From: Lama glama
Lineage: Eukaryota
DNA: 64,000 nucleotides
Reading direction: 5' to 3'
NCBI GenBank assembly: GCA_028534125.1
Contig: CM052817.1
Coordinates: forward strand, 66,280,001 to 66,344,000
Below are positions 1 through 12,770 of this stretch, piece after piece (within the stretch, counting starts at the first letter, position 1; every line of letters starts with the position of its first letter). Below the pieces are notes generated by a model, which saw only the letters and a program-made list of their open reading frames with translations, did no database searches and was not told where the DNA came from. Made by a program: the position numbers and the translations under genes.

Positions 1-110
1 GGAGTTACATAGTACAGTCTTCTTGTGACTGGCTTATTTTACTTAGGTTTGTAAGATGCATCCATGTTATAGCATATGCCAAATTTTCCTTCCGTTACAA
101 GGCTGTTTGT
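1..110 (-). mobile_element. Old L1M 3'-region fragment
   Basis: 'gactggcttattttacttagg...catccatgttatagcatatgcc' matches the antisense L1 3' UTR pattern. Confidence 0.6.
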
Positions 111-229
111 GTGCTTTCTTTTGGACTTACTTTTCTCTCTCACAATCTACGTCCACTTTTTCTGAACTCCTTTGCATCTACCTTCACAGTTAATGCGGAA
201 CCTGGCCTCTTCTCTTTGCTGCTGCTGCC

Positions 230-950
230 GCCACTGTGGTCCCAGCTGCCAGCGCTCCTTTCCTGGGATTTCTGCAGCTTACTGCCTATCTTCTCTTTTC
301 AGCCCAGCATCTATAGCAGTCTTTTGAAAATCAAGTCATCCCTCTGCTCAAAGTCCTGCGGTGTCTCCTCATTTTGCTTAGAGAGGAAACCAAGATCCAT
401 GCCTCATCCTGCCAGGCCTGGGAAGCCTGATAGTTCACCGTCACCAGCTTTGCCTCCTACCGCCCTCCCTGCCCACCCACCCCTCCACCCACATCTTACT
501 TGTTCTTCTGTGGACTGGCAGGCAAGATCTAACAGCAGTGCCCTTGCACTAGCATCTCTCTTGCCAGAGATCTCAGTATGCTAACTCTATTATTTTCTTT
601 AAGCATTTTGTCAAATGTTAAGCTTAAAAAAACCCAATCTGATCACCTTATTGAAAGCACAGCCCACCCTGCCACACACACTCCCTTAACCTCTTCACCC
701 TTCCTTTCTTCCCTATTCCTTTCTTCCCCCTTCCTTTCTTCCCTATTCCTTTCTTCCCCCTTCCTTTCTTCCCCCTGACAATTAATGACTTCTGAGTTGT
801 TTCATAACATATTTATTGTTTTAATAGTTTATTGTTTGGCCTCCTCTGCTAGATACGTACCTTTACCTGCTTTGTTCATGGATGTATCCCAAACATTGAG
901 AGCCATGCCTGGAACAGAGTGGACGTTTACCACACGACTGAATGTATTCA
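230..950 (+). mobile_element. L2 LINE 3' fragments
   Basis: 'catccctctgctcaaagtcc' and terminal 'atgcctggaacagagtgg...tgaatg' resemble the L2 3' consensus. Confidence 0.6.
698..776. repeat. Polypyrimidine tandem repeat, ~30-bp unit (ttcctttcttccctattcctttcttccccc), ~2.5 copies
   Basis: Direct repeats visible in sequence. Confidence 0.85.
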
Positions 951-1169
951 CTGGGAGGATCACCACTTCCACTGAAAGCAGGTTGGGGTGGTGCTTTAAT
1001 AGTTCATATAGGACCGTAACAATATGTGAGTAAAGAGGGAAGCCACCAGAGGGTCCGTATTTCTAGTCTGTCCCCATCTTCCCTGACATTTTCACACCAA
1101 CAGAGTTTGTTTTTCAGGGCCCACCAGGAAGGAGTGTGGAGGCTGGAGTCTTAACACTCTCCAAATTCT

Positions 1170-1290
1170 AGTTAGTCTTTTTACACTTCAAAGTCCTCAT
1201 CTATGAAATGGGGATATTATCAAATGGATATTCCTCAAAGGTTATGAAAATGAAACAGGATAATGCATGTAAAATGCTGAGCACTTGATA
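1170..1290 (+). mobile_element. MIR fragment
   Basis: Core motif 'cctcatctatgaaatggggatattat...ataatgcatgtaaaatgctgagcac'. Confidence 0.7.
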
Positions 1291-1399
1291 AATTACTTTT
1301 TGGTAAATACAATTATAAAGCACTTGAAGACAGTGGATTTAGGATGTTATACATTACTCTGTACTCTCATTTATGATTTTAATTTGCTTAATAAAATTT

Positions 1400-1543
1400 T
1401 TTTTATTCATGTATAATCAGTTATAATGTGTCAATTTCTGGTGTACAGAGTAATGTTTTAGTCATACATGTACATACATATATATATTTTCATATTCTTT
1501 TTCATTATAGGTTACTACAAGATATTGAATATAGTTCTCTGTG
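1400..1543 (-). mobile_element. Extremely 5'-truncated L1 3' end (~145 bp)
   Basis: Similar to the 3' end of the L1 at 30251; flanked by aataaaatt(t/c)tt at 1390 and 1544 (TSD). Confidence 0.85.
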
Positions 1544-1940
1544 AATAAAATTCTTTTTATGTAGGTAGTATAAAGTTAAAATTTGAACTCAGTACTGAAT
1601 TATCAAGAATTCTGAGATATTAGGATATGAATTATTTGACCATATTGTGAATTCTCAGAAGTTAAGTCTATATTCAAGTGAAAGTATAAAACATGATATA
1701 TAATCAAATACAGAAGACTTTCGATCATCTATGTAGCTTTTCCATAGTACTGATTATCATGATACGACTCATTATACCTCTAACTCAATGATATTTTCTC
1801 CAGAAAATTACTACAAATAGATTATGAGCTTTTCATAGGTTCACCTTTCAAATAATACTTTATTACTTGACATTTATTTTCTATTTTTAACAAAGCTTTT
1901 CTCTTTGCTAGGTTATCTGAACTATACTAGTTAAATTTTT

Positions 1941-2203
1941 GTGTATATTTATTTTATTGAAGTATATTCAGTTTATAACTTTGTGTCAGTTTCTGGTGTA
2001 CAGCATAATGCTTCGGTCATACATGAACATATTTATATTCATTTTCATATTCTTTTTTACCATAAGTTACTACAAGATATTGAATATAGTTCCCTGTGCT
2101 ATGCAGTATGAACTTGTTGTTTATTTTATATTTATATTAGTTAGTATCTAAATTTCAAACTGCAAAACTCAAATTTATCCCTTCCCACCCCCTTTCCTCC
2201 CCC
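1941..2203 (-). mobile_element. 5'-truncated L1 3' end (~260 bp)
   Basis: L1 3' UTR with G-rich tract on minus strand; perfect 12-bp TSD AGTTAAATTTTT (1929-1940, 2204-2215) followed by AA, matching the L1 endonuclease site. Confidence 0.9.
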
Positions 2204-4109
2204 AGTTAAATTTTTAAAATTTAATATTTCCAGCTAGCTTCAATTTATCAGTTACACATCTGAATTAAGCTCTTGTACTAGATTTTAATTACCTTTTGGG
2301 AACAAATATTTTCAAAATTGTTTAGTAACTCTTGATATTGTGGTGATTTCTTCAAGAACATCTTTACATTAAGTGTGGAGGTTTAAACCCATTGGAAATC
2401 ACCCTTTTTGTTATATGAATCTGGCTTCAATTTTTGAACCCATTACCCTAATGTTCAGTGCTTTTTCCCATTTTGAAAACTCATTTTGTGTGTGGGTATT
2501 TGAAATGATTAGAGATATTACTAAGAAAATGACCAATAAGCCATAAACTGCTCAACTCATTTCTAGTATAATTTATTTCTTACTGGGAAAGTTTCATTTT
2601 AGATTACTTTGGAAGAGAAGATGAGTGTATATGTAGCAGTTCCCTGAGTGTATGGACTCACTGCCCTGTCTATAATTTATTTAGAGTTTCTGCCCTTGCT
2701 GTTGAATAAGTGTGAAATTTAGGCCATTGTGTTTAAAAACGTAGTTCAGGAATCTGAGGTTTCAGTGGAATCAGATAAAGAAACCTGAGAAGTGTACTCC
2801 AGAGGGAAGTGTTCATTTCATTCTCCCTGCTTGCGTGAGAAAGCAGTCTACCACATGCACATCTACAACTTCACTAGCATGTGGAACAGCTTTTCTTTGG
2901 GAAAAAGACCAAGGAAAGCATTCTGCAAACAGGCTTCCCCAAACAGGGTACACTTCGTCTCTCTACCAAGGCCGAATGAATTCAACCCAAACCAAGAACT
3001 TAACAAACTGTGTCTGCCCAGGGCAATTTTTAACTTGAATTTGAACTTTTCATCATTTTCTGATGCCTCCAGAGGATTTCTGAATCAGTTACAGGAGATT
3101 TTGGCCAAACTGTCCTATATAAAACATCTTTTTAAACATGTTAAACAAAGACAAAAGAGGCACATGGCAGAGCAGCATTCTGTGACTTTCTTTTGGCTAC
3201 AAAGGATGGTCCTGTCCCTTCCTGTCTCTTAAGGAAGGTTCCAGATGATCATGGAAACTCATTTTAGGTACACTTTGGAGTGCCTTTTTTCACTTTGGTG
3301 ATAAGTGGAGTGCTAGTACAGCCTATTTTTCTTTGCTTTTCAGTGAGATTAATAGCTCTCCTTGAATGTTTCTAAAACTTGTAAGAAGAAGGTGTTTTCG
3401 AGCAGCTCTTAAGATTTATAAGACTATAGAAAAGCTTAGTTAGTTGTCTTTTATAAATACTTAAAAAATCTTTGGATCAAAGGAGCATTCATAGAAAACA
3501 CGTTCATATATTTATTTTGGTTTATAAGAACTCTTTGTGGTAAATAAGAGAAAAACAGAAAATAAATGTGAAATGTTCTCTTCCTTGAAAACAAATGTTG
3601 AGGACGGGAACACATTCTAGAAATGAATGAGGTAAGGTGGAAGCAGTAAGCCTTTGCGTCTTTTTATTTCTAAGCCAGTGATAGTTGTCATTGTTTACTG
3701 TGAACTCACGGGGCCCATGCAAATAGAATGTGGCTCTGGGTTATGTAAGAAGAGATGTTCATGGATGATTAAAACTCACCTCATGAACCTCACAAAAGAG
3801 GAGATGACATAGTTCTGTTTCTGGGGAAGTTTCACAGTGCTACATGGGGAGTCGCATTGCATCCAAATGTCTCCTTAAACGAGAATGTACTTTTTGCCCA
3901 ATCAGTAAATTATTCTTCTTGACAAAATTGATGGACTATAATCCCTTCCCTCACCGTGGTGCAGATAGAATAATGCAATAGAAAAGATACAGAGACTAGG
4001 ATTATCAGTTCACGGCGGAGAGACATAAAAGCACACCACCATGGTAGAAACCAGGAGAAAAAACATTTCCCAACATAGGTGGCAGATTTGCTTGAAAGAA
4101 GTAGCACAA

Positions 4110-4335
4110 TATAAAGGTTAAGGACCATGACATTAAGATCAGTCAGAAGCATTTACATTCCAACATACAGATTTAGGCAGGACCTCAAAGCCTCCATGTC
4201 CTCTTCGATGCATTGGAAAAATAAAGATAATTAACTAACTCATACAGTTGTGAGAGTTAAGTATGGTAACGCACGTAGAGAGCTTAATGAAATGCCAAGC
4301 ATGTAAGTGCCTGAGAGTTTGCGGCCGCTATCATT
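4110..4335 (+). mobile_element. MIR fragment
   Basis: 'ctcatacagttgtgagagttaagtatggtaacgcacgtagagagctta...catgtaagtgcc'. Confidence 0.6.
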
Positions 4336-5339
4336 TGCCCCCAGCTAATTACTGTTAAATAAAGTCTTTTAAATTTTAAATTTTGAGCAAGCACATATGT
4401 GATATCTGAAAGCAAAAGCTTTTCCATCAAGAAACAACACTGAAGTGTGTACCAATAAAGGAAAAGGAACACGTGGTAAACAGAGTGTCATCAGATTTAG
4501 GAAGAAAAACAGCCTGGCCTGAACTGGAGACAGGATTAAAGATTTTCACAATTTTCCTACAAATTAATATAAGATTTGTCCTTATTTTGTTGTCTAGATA
4601 TATGACAAAATAAACTGCAGAGTGACCTATAGATGTTTCTCATTCTAAAGTATGTATTCATTTATTCTCAGCTCTTATTCTTCACCTGTCTTGAGTTAAT
4701 AAACATTTCCAGTCTGGAAGACCCGTTCTGTTGGGTTCTGCACACTTGCTCTGGTCTAGATGTTGGAGCACAGAAAGAGGAAGAGCTAAAAAGTCACATT
4801 CCTTTATAGGAATTTTGCCTTAGCAAACCTCTATTCTATCTAGCTGAGTATGTGTTATATATACACATTTATTGGTCTTAAAATACTATGTTCTTAAATA
4901 TAGCTAAATATATTATTTCAGACTTCTCTTGAATTTTCATTCAATATCCTGAGTCTCCAAAGAAACAAAAGAAAAAAATCCCCTCTCTCTGTTCAGCTCT
5001 CATCATCTTTCTAACCAGAGGAACTGGCGAAAGAAGTGTTGGATTTGTTTCTGTCTCTGATCGCTTACTTTTTGGCTATAGAGCCCCTTTCAAGGGAGGC
5101 AGTGTTCTTGGATCAGTCAGGTTTGGATGGGGAAGCAGAAGCCACTCTCGGTATATGTAGTGGAAAGAAAATTAATATATGTAAAGAATTTGAGGCTTAG
5201 ATAATTATTGGAATAGTTGTGAAAGCAAAGATCCAAAAGGCCCCTTTGAGGCAATCTGGAAGTGTAGGATTTCATGGAAGCCACCAACACTGATTCTAGT
5301 TGCCAATAGAGCTGAAATAGAAGTATCATGAAATGTCCA

Positions 5340-5843
5340 TGATACAAGTGAGCCAGACCTCATCTGGTTTTCCTCTCCAGATCGTGTCTTCATCTTCCCT
5401 TTCCTACTTTCATTCCCAGGAGGCTGACTTGAATGGACTATGTTGGTGGTCCTCCTTGTCTTCTAGCTCCCAGTTGGGACTGACCAATGAGGAGTAACAA
5501 CACGGGATCAGGGGTGGGGAGAAGAGTGAGGTTGGGGTGATGATTCTCCTTCCTCCCTTCCTTCAAGGTCACTTCAGATGTCTCTAATCCTTAACTGTAG
5601 CTGCTTTCAAGTTAGCCTCTTCTCTCAATAGACTCCTTCCAGATTTTGGTAACTGTGCCTTCTTCATTGTTTCAGGCTGAAGGATAACAGCCCTTACTAG
5701 TGCTAGGATCCTGGGCTCTTCCTTGTGGTTCCACTACATCCTGCAACATTTTTTGGAAATACTCCTTTAGTAAATAAACACTCCATGAATTATTCTAACG
5801 TGAGTGTGCCAACTATTTTCTATTGAATAGCTGAGTGATGTCA
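5340..5843 (+). mobile_element. ERVL LTR (LTR33-like)
   Basis: 'cccaggaggctgac...ccaatgaggag...gagaagagtgaggttgggg' and 3' end 'gagtgtgccaactattttc...gctgagtgatgtca'. Confidence 0.7.
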
Positions 5844-6730
5844 TAATTTATACCATAAATGTTCCCAAGAAATGCACCTTCAATATGGGTATGTGGAATT
5901 GAGTGATTTATATGTAATGGAGTTCAGAGATAACCTCCTTGCCAGGATGAACGGGACATGGGTAATCCACGGCATTTGCTAAAATCTCCCTTTCTCATTT
6001 TGTCACTCTTAAGAGCATAAGATAAGGTACAAGTGACAGGCAGAATATGGATGGATTGGCTGAGAAATTTGGCTGTTTTATAAACAATGAAAATTATGAG
6101 GACTGTGAAATCACCCATTTTTGTCTTTGGGCCTCAGAGAACATAAACAGAAATTAAGATCCATAACATATAATTAAGGACAGGAGACTGGAAGGCTCCA
6201 CGACAGCTTTGAAAGATTTCTTCCTCTCCAGAGATTGCAATCTGTAAGTCTGAGGGTGAGGACTTAAGAGGAGCAGCTCCAATTCAATGCTCAGTCTTGC
6301 CCAATCTCTCACTCAAAAGCAGGGACACTGATGGAAAAAAAGTAGGTCCTAGAGATGTGGGTTGAGGGCATTTGAGAAGATGTGGGCTGAAGCTGAGATC
6401 TTTTTTAAAAAAATTTTTTTTTAGTGAGGGAGGTAATTAAGGTTATTTATTTATTTATTTAAATATCACTTGTTTTATTTATTTAATATCATTTATTTTA
6501 ATGGAGATACTGGGAGTTGAACCCAGGACCTTGTGCACACGAAGCACATGCTCTGACACTGAGCTATACCCTTCCCACTGAGGCTGAGATCTTTAATCTC
6601 CCAATTTGCCCTGAAATTCCCTTGCTTATGGAGGGAAGGCTCTCCCCTCTCCATCAGCCCTCCTCCTTAGTTCTTACACCAGAAGAGCTAATACTGATTC
6701 TCCTAAAGGCCCTCCCTGACTACTTCTCAC
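5844..6730 (+). mobile_element. Decayed ERVL internal (leader/gag) sequence adjoining the LTR
   Basis: Directly follows the LTR; 'gggacatgggtaatccacggcat' resembles the 5' internal region of ancient ERVL. Confidence 0.45.
6404..6577 (-). mobile_element. tRNA-Ala-derived SINE (camelid Vic-1-like)
   Basis: Antisense A/B-box head and AT-rich tail; 17-bp TSD ctga(a/g)gctgagatcttt at 6387 and 6578. Confidence 0.9.
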
Positions 6731-9700
6731 TGATTTTGATTTGTATTAATAGTTATATACCAACAAAGCCCTAAAACATTAAAAATTATCAATAGCTGTT
6801 AAATAAAATATTTTGAGACCTTTGATAAAAATTAAAAATGTTTTTGAAAAACTACTAAGATGTCTTTTATGCTACACTATCTTTGGGTTTTCCCAAATGG
6901 CCACTAGGTAACACAAACGTTTCCTCATTTACCCTACAAAAGAAAGGACCATAGGAATAACTAGGGTTTGTCTAATAATTCTGCACATTTTAATTAATTC
7001 AAAACTGTTATGAAAGCTTTTGCTTACCAAACTTAATATATATTTTTAAAACCCTGAAAAATCAAGGAAAGTTTGTCTTCCTTGTGAATAGGTGAATATA
7101 AATGATCTAATGTTACATTTTTCAAATAAAAAAATATATTCCTATTTTAGCTCAAAGATGGGTACAATAACTTTGACCCAAGTGCTTTGTTTCCAGGATT
7201 CTAGATTCATAAAACTTTTTTTTTTTACTCATTTAAAGTCTGGACAAGTATTAGGGTATGACTCAATGACGTGTAAATAGTCAGAAGCTTATTGCTTATT
7301 TCAGTCTTTCTTTATGTCAATGATCAAGACATAGCCCTTTGACTAAGAGTGATACAGCAATAGAAAAACTTACGAAAACTTCAGTTGATATGGTTATAAA
7401 GTACCAAGTAAACGTAATGGTTTCCCATGTTATACAAACTCTTCTGCTGACAAAATAACCTTAGCATTTTTGGCCAGTTGTCAAACTGTGAAATAGGGTT
7501 GTTTTCCCATTCATGTCTAGCTGTCCATCACAGTGGTGCTCTAAAGCCAGCCACCTCTTTACGTCACTGGAGGAAGGAGAACCCCATGATATTTAACCTC
7601 TCGAAGGGAACTGTCCATACCTGGTACAGGCCTCTTGGGCAGAGACTTCCTTGGATAATTCTGATTTATTTATGTTTGTGGATGTTTCATTCTTAAAAGG
7701 AAAACATTAAAAATTTCCATGTAGGTTGTGCAATCACAGATGTGAATTTATCCTTAAAATTTAAGTTTCTCACAGAATTAAATTGATTCAGATGGCTAAA
7801 TTCGTTGCTGTCACTCAGACCTGCTTCTGAAGAAAAGTAAGACTGAATATTTATACTGTAAGAGATATATAATTTGGGGTTAGTCCATGACTTTGAAATG
7901 CCTGGATTATAGAGATTTGCCGACCACCACAGAAACCCCTAGAAAATGGATGACAAATTAAAGAAATTAGAGCTTCTTGGCTACTACCTAAAGAGTTGGC
8001 CAAAATAAAAATGGAATTTACCCCAAATCCTTCCTGGCAGAAATAAATTAGCCTTGATACTGAATCAACTTTATGGATATTTTAAAGATACCGTCGAGGG
8101 GATTTCCAAGGCATGTCCTTCCTGCTAATAACAGTCTTGGTGAGCTCATAGATGTAGGACATGGATAGGAATGTAAGCCTCAGGACCCTTTTGAATATCT
8201 CTAAATACGCTATAATTAAGTTCTAATTACTGTTATTTATTTTAGGGAAACTTTACCTTGATGGAGAGCTATGGTTGCAATGGTAGAAAGAAAAAGTATA
8301 ATGTGATTTTATGCTCTTATCTTGGGGAATTCCAACTTCTCTCTCCAGTATTAGGGACACACATTTCATTGGCACTGTTATTTTAGAACTCTGTAGTTTA
8401 TAATGACTGAGAATCTCCATAATCCTTATCATCCCAAATTTCAAGAAAGATGAACAGAAGCAAGGGAATTCCAAAACTATAATTAACAAAGCTGTCAGAA
8501 ATCTCAAACTATTAAGGTGTACTGCTAAGAGCCTTGAGGAAAATAAGGTCAATCTTCTCTAGTATCCACAACTTCTCTCCTTTTGAATTAATAACAGGCC
8601 TGCCTAATATTTTTGAGAATTATTTCCAACCCTAGATTCTACTCAGTCAGAAGCTGCTATGACTAAATATTGCAGGGGAATCAAATGATGCCTCTAGCTT
8701 TATCACCGAGAGCTAAAATGTGTATTTCCAAAATGTCTACCTAAGCAGCCTTTGCATGATCTGGAACCTGGAGATCTGGGCTTCAGAAAAAGGCATTAGA
8801 AAAATTAAAAATAAAACTGCCTTCAAGTCTCAATTAAAAAAAACACCTTATTAGATGCTGTTACAACTGACACAACATTAAACTCCAAGGTGGTGTTCTT
8901 TGGGTTCATATTTCCCAAATTAAAAAAATACATACAGCAATTCCTACTGACTGCTGGACGTCTTTTCCATCAAGAGAGCTTGAATTGATGATTTTTTAGG
9001 AATTCTCCTGAAGCTGCTGAGTGTATAAGTGGACACCTTCTGCCCAGAATGACAGAACAGTCTGCTGCCTACAGAAGTAGACAGCTCCTGCTCAAGATGA
9101 ATGAACAGGATCATTTATCTGATTTTTCAGCATTTTTCCCCTTTACCACTGATCTTGCCTATTGTTGTTTTCTTGGTCATCCTCCATTAACTGAAGGTTC
9201 TCAGTGTGATCTTCTTTGTCTTTATCCTGTTACTTTGGACCCCCCGCTTTGGCCACTTAAGAAAAAGCGAAACTCTCTGGTGGATTTTTCTTAGACTGGA
9301 GCTACTGCTCTAATTGACTGCTGACAACATTTAGTAACTGTTCTTTTAATTGCTTCACATGTAGATTCACTTTTATGGGAACCTCTTGATAACTTAAGTT
9401 TACTCCATGTATCACAAACTTCAGTCTGATAAAAAATAAACTTTGACCTCATGTCAACGGATGCTTCAGCTAAGGTTATTACAACCCTGTGAGTACAACC
9501 TGGCTCATCGGGAGGGGGATCTAATTTGGGGCCATTCTTGCTACAATCATCAGTTTATTTTCCTGAGGGACCTGTTTTACAGGAACTCTAACTCTACTCA
9601 AGGGATCTGCCCATCTTGAGGGACAAAATTGGTTTACTCCTATGCATATTATAGGATAATACAATTGCAAAAAGCGTTCTGACTCTAGAGGATCTAATTA

Positions 9701-9892
9701 ATTACACAAATTCTGTTTGGAAGCCCCCCAAATCATTTTAAATTTAAATTTATTACTCAGAATTATCCTGATTAATCACATAGGCCTTAATTTTTACTTA
9801 GCCATCCAAAGGGGGAAAAAAATTATAGCAAACACTTCGTGTTGCTCCTGTGATGCAGTAGGTCAAGTCAGAGTGTGCACGACTAACCTAAA

Positions 9893-9923
9893 AACAACAA
9901 CAACAACAACAACAACAACGACA
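9893..9923. repeat. (ACA)n microsatellite
   Basis: Visible trinucleotide run. Confidence 0.95.
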
Positions 9924-10139
9924 AATCCCACCTGGTTCTCTAAAACAGGCTCAGCTAAATTCTGGGAAATGCTTTTATTGCCTCGGTTTTATAATCTTGT
10001 ACCTGACTTTGAGACTTTTTACTAGGAATAATATTGAATTGAGCAGTTTTTAGGGTGGGAAAAGGTAATCATAATGCAACTGAAGCTGGTACAGTAAGCC
10101 ATACTAAATCCAACTGCACTGAAAAACAAGAATCCATCA

Positions 10140-10780
10140 TGAAGTTACCTTAGTTTAGTGTGGTAGTTTGACGTAGTTTGAGGACAGAAGCCAGATTACA
10201 ATGGTTTGAGGAGTTACTGGGGAGTTAGAAAGTGAAAATCAAGGGAACTTTCTAAAAATCAAAAAGTAAAAATCATTACTTTTTCCAAAAGTGTGATATG
10301 GAAGAAATGTGAGATACAGAGAAATCTAGAGATGCAAGTTACGGAGATAGAGATGCTGTCCAGTGCCCAAATGAGGGATTAGCCAACTGCAGGAGAGAAC
10401 CATGTCCAATCACACGTGAGGAAAGTGGCCTGAAGGATGGATGGCGACGCAGGCAGGTTGTAGGAAGGATAGATGGAGGAGAAAGGAGATATTGTATATC
10501 ACTGTTCTCTCTCTGAGGTAGGCGTTGAGACTGAAGAAAGTAAAATGGTAGACGTTTTGAAGAATAAATGGAAAATAGTTGTTAAGGGGACCAGAAGAGA
10601 GAAATGAGGGCCCACAGCAGATTTTTCTGAGAAGCTTTAAGTACTATCTTATATTAGAAACTATGAATTTGTAAGGGAACCAACCTGCAGGACTGTATAA
10701 ACCTCTCCAGTAAGACTCAGAAAACAGCTATTGTTTAGAAACAGAGAAAGTGAACTGTTGGATTGATAGAGCTGGAATTA
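10140..10780 (-). mobile_element. L2 internal fragment
   Basis: 'cagaagccagattacaatggtttgaggagttactgggg' resembles antisense L2. Confidence 0.55.
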
Positions 10781-11246
10781 CTTTTTATACATGCATGCAC
10801 TAAAATTCCAAGGGACAAAGAAAAATAATCAATTAGATGAGAGTGTATTTAGAGAGATGGGCCAAGGATCTGGGGTGTCAGTGGCCTGGCATGGAAAACT
10901 TGATGACTCATTTTAAGCAGCTGTACTATCTCCGTTAGGCCTCCAGCAGAAATTCCCAGTGACTGAAGGAATGAAGACCTAAAGTGAAGCAGAGTTGAAA
11001 TATCCTGTATTTGAAAAAATCAAGGAATTTTGAATCTACTACAAAAGGCAGCAATGCATATATTAAGAGCAAGGGAGGAGGGAAGGAAGGAAAAACAGAA
11101 TTGGTGGAGAGTGACATTTCAGTTAAGGCAAAGAGGCTTGAAGAAGTAATTTGGTAAATTGTATTCTGTGCGACATAAACATTAAAACCCATCTTAAAAA
11201 ACTACAAAGAACTGTGGAGAATAAATTGTTTTACCAACAGTATTTT

Positions 11247-11345
11247 AATTTTCTTTTTTTCAGTGAAGGTCCTGGGGGTTGAGCCCAGGACCTCATGCAT
11301 GCATTCTAAGCAAGCACTCTACCACTGAGCTATACCTCCTCGCCC
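11247..11345 (-). mobile_element. tRNA-Ala-derived SINE (short form)
   Basis: Antisense tRNA-like head; 17-bp TSD tttaccaa(c/t)agtatttt at 11230 and 11346. Confidence 0.9.
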
Positions 11346-11384
11346 TTTACCAATAGTATTTTAAAGCATTTTCCCCAAACATTG

Positions 11385-11550
11385 TAACTTTTAGAAAGTT
11401 AAATAATGTCCCTAGACCTCAGTTTTCCTATTTAAAAAAAGTTTTGACAATGATACACTCCTTGAAAGTTTTAGGGAGAGGATTAAAAATACTGTAGGAA
11501 AGCGTCTATCATAATGACAAGAACAAAAACCAATGTTAAATTTGCTATTA
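11385..11550 (+). mobile_element. MIR fragment
   Basis: 'cctcagttttcctatttaaaaaa...gagaggattaaa'. Confidence 0.55.
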
Positions 11551-11879
11551 TCTTTTCCATAATTAATACTCAAATAGTGCTAGTTAAGTATCTTAAAAAG
11601 CTGTTGGTCCTAATTTAGAAAATATCCAGGATCATCTTTTCAATTTTGTCACCATCAAGAGAACCTTAAATTTTAAGTGTATGATTGTTGATCTGGGAAT
11701 TATGTAATTAAAAGTGTAAATGCCAAAGCAAGAATAATTTAGCTAAATATGGATCTTTGGCTTTGCCTGAAACAAGCAGGAAGTCAACCACCCCATGAAT
11801 CACCACAACTTCTTGTACCTCCCTTCCACTAGGCACAGAGGTTGTGTGATTATGTCAGAGCTTTGGGGGGTGTGGGTTG

Positions 11880-12385
11880 AGCTGTCATTTTATAGGCTGA
11901 AAACTCCCAAGATGTGCATCCAGCCTCGATCTCATTTCGGACCTGCTTGCTACACTTCTCCACCTGAATGTGTCTGTACATGTATCTGACATTGTCCAGA
12001 AATAAATTCAAACCCCAAACAGCCTATATTTCCTATTGTTTTGGGGGCAACAGCATAAATTTAGGAACCCTAAGGTTAAAAAAAAAAACACTTCAATTTA
12101 ATTTTGGAATATTTTTTCTCTCTCCCAAATATCCAATTACCTAAGACCTCCTAAATGTTTCTCTGTTTGATTCCCCCCTTTCATCTCTACCACCAGTACC
12201 TTATTCTCCCTCAGAATCTCTCACCTGGACCTTTGAGTATCATTGCTTATCACTCCAAGAGCGTAGGCTTTAACGCGTATCTCTGGCTGTGTCCTCCTCC
12301 CTCGCCACACTGTAAACTTTTCCATTCAGTGTCCTAATGAAGTGCCTGGTATGGTGAGCACTCAATGAACATCTGTTGAACTAGG
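11880..12385 (+). mobile_element. L2 fragments
   Basis: Ends 'gtgcctggtatggtgagcactcaatgaacatctgttgaa' (L2 3' terminus). Confidence 0.6.
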
Positions 12386-12569
12386 CAGAATTGAGAGAGA
12401 ACAGATAGTCTTTCTGTGGAGACTTGAGGGCTACCATTGCAGATAAAAACCCAGCTTGCTAGGCTGACCTTAGCCTATATTTTCAACTTTAGCTTTCATT
12501 ACTGTAGCTTTCTAATTGGACTTCAGTCAGCGTGTAGCACAGCAGAATGGAAAGATCACTGCCTTTTTC

Positions 12570-12770
12570 AAAGAATGAGATACACCTGGATTGTTAAGCC
12601 CACTTGAGCCAGTTACTGTCTGTGTTCTTAAGAAAACTATGCCAACCAGACTGTTTACTGGAAATGGGGATGATAATAACTGCCTCATAGTGTGAAGGTG
12701 AAGATTTAAGTGAGGTGATACACATAGAACAATTGGCAAAAAAGTAGTGTTCAATAAATGTTAACTGTTT
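12570..12770 (+). mobile_element. MIR fragment
   Basis: 'ggaaatggggatgataataactgcctcatagtgtg...gtgttcaataaatgttaact'. Confidence 0.7.

Noticed and set aside
111..1033. ORFs of 157, 66 and 82 aa
   Set aside because: They overlap L2 remnants and a pyrimidine repeat; low-complexity products with no recognisable domain
2792..3232. 146-aa ORF in unique DNA, with nearby TATA-like and TEAD-like motifs
   Set aside because: GTG start, no recognisable homology, no convincing splice signals
9717..10025. ORF with poly-Thr
   Set aside because: Poly-Thr is the (ACA)n microsatellite
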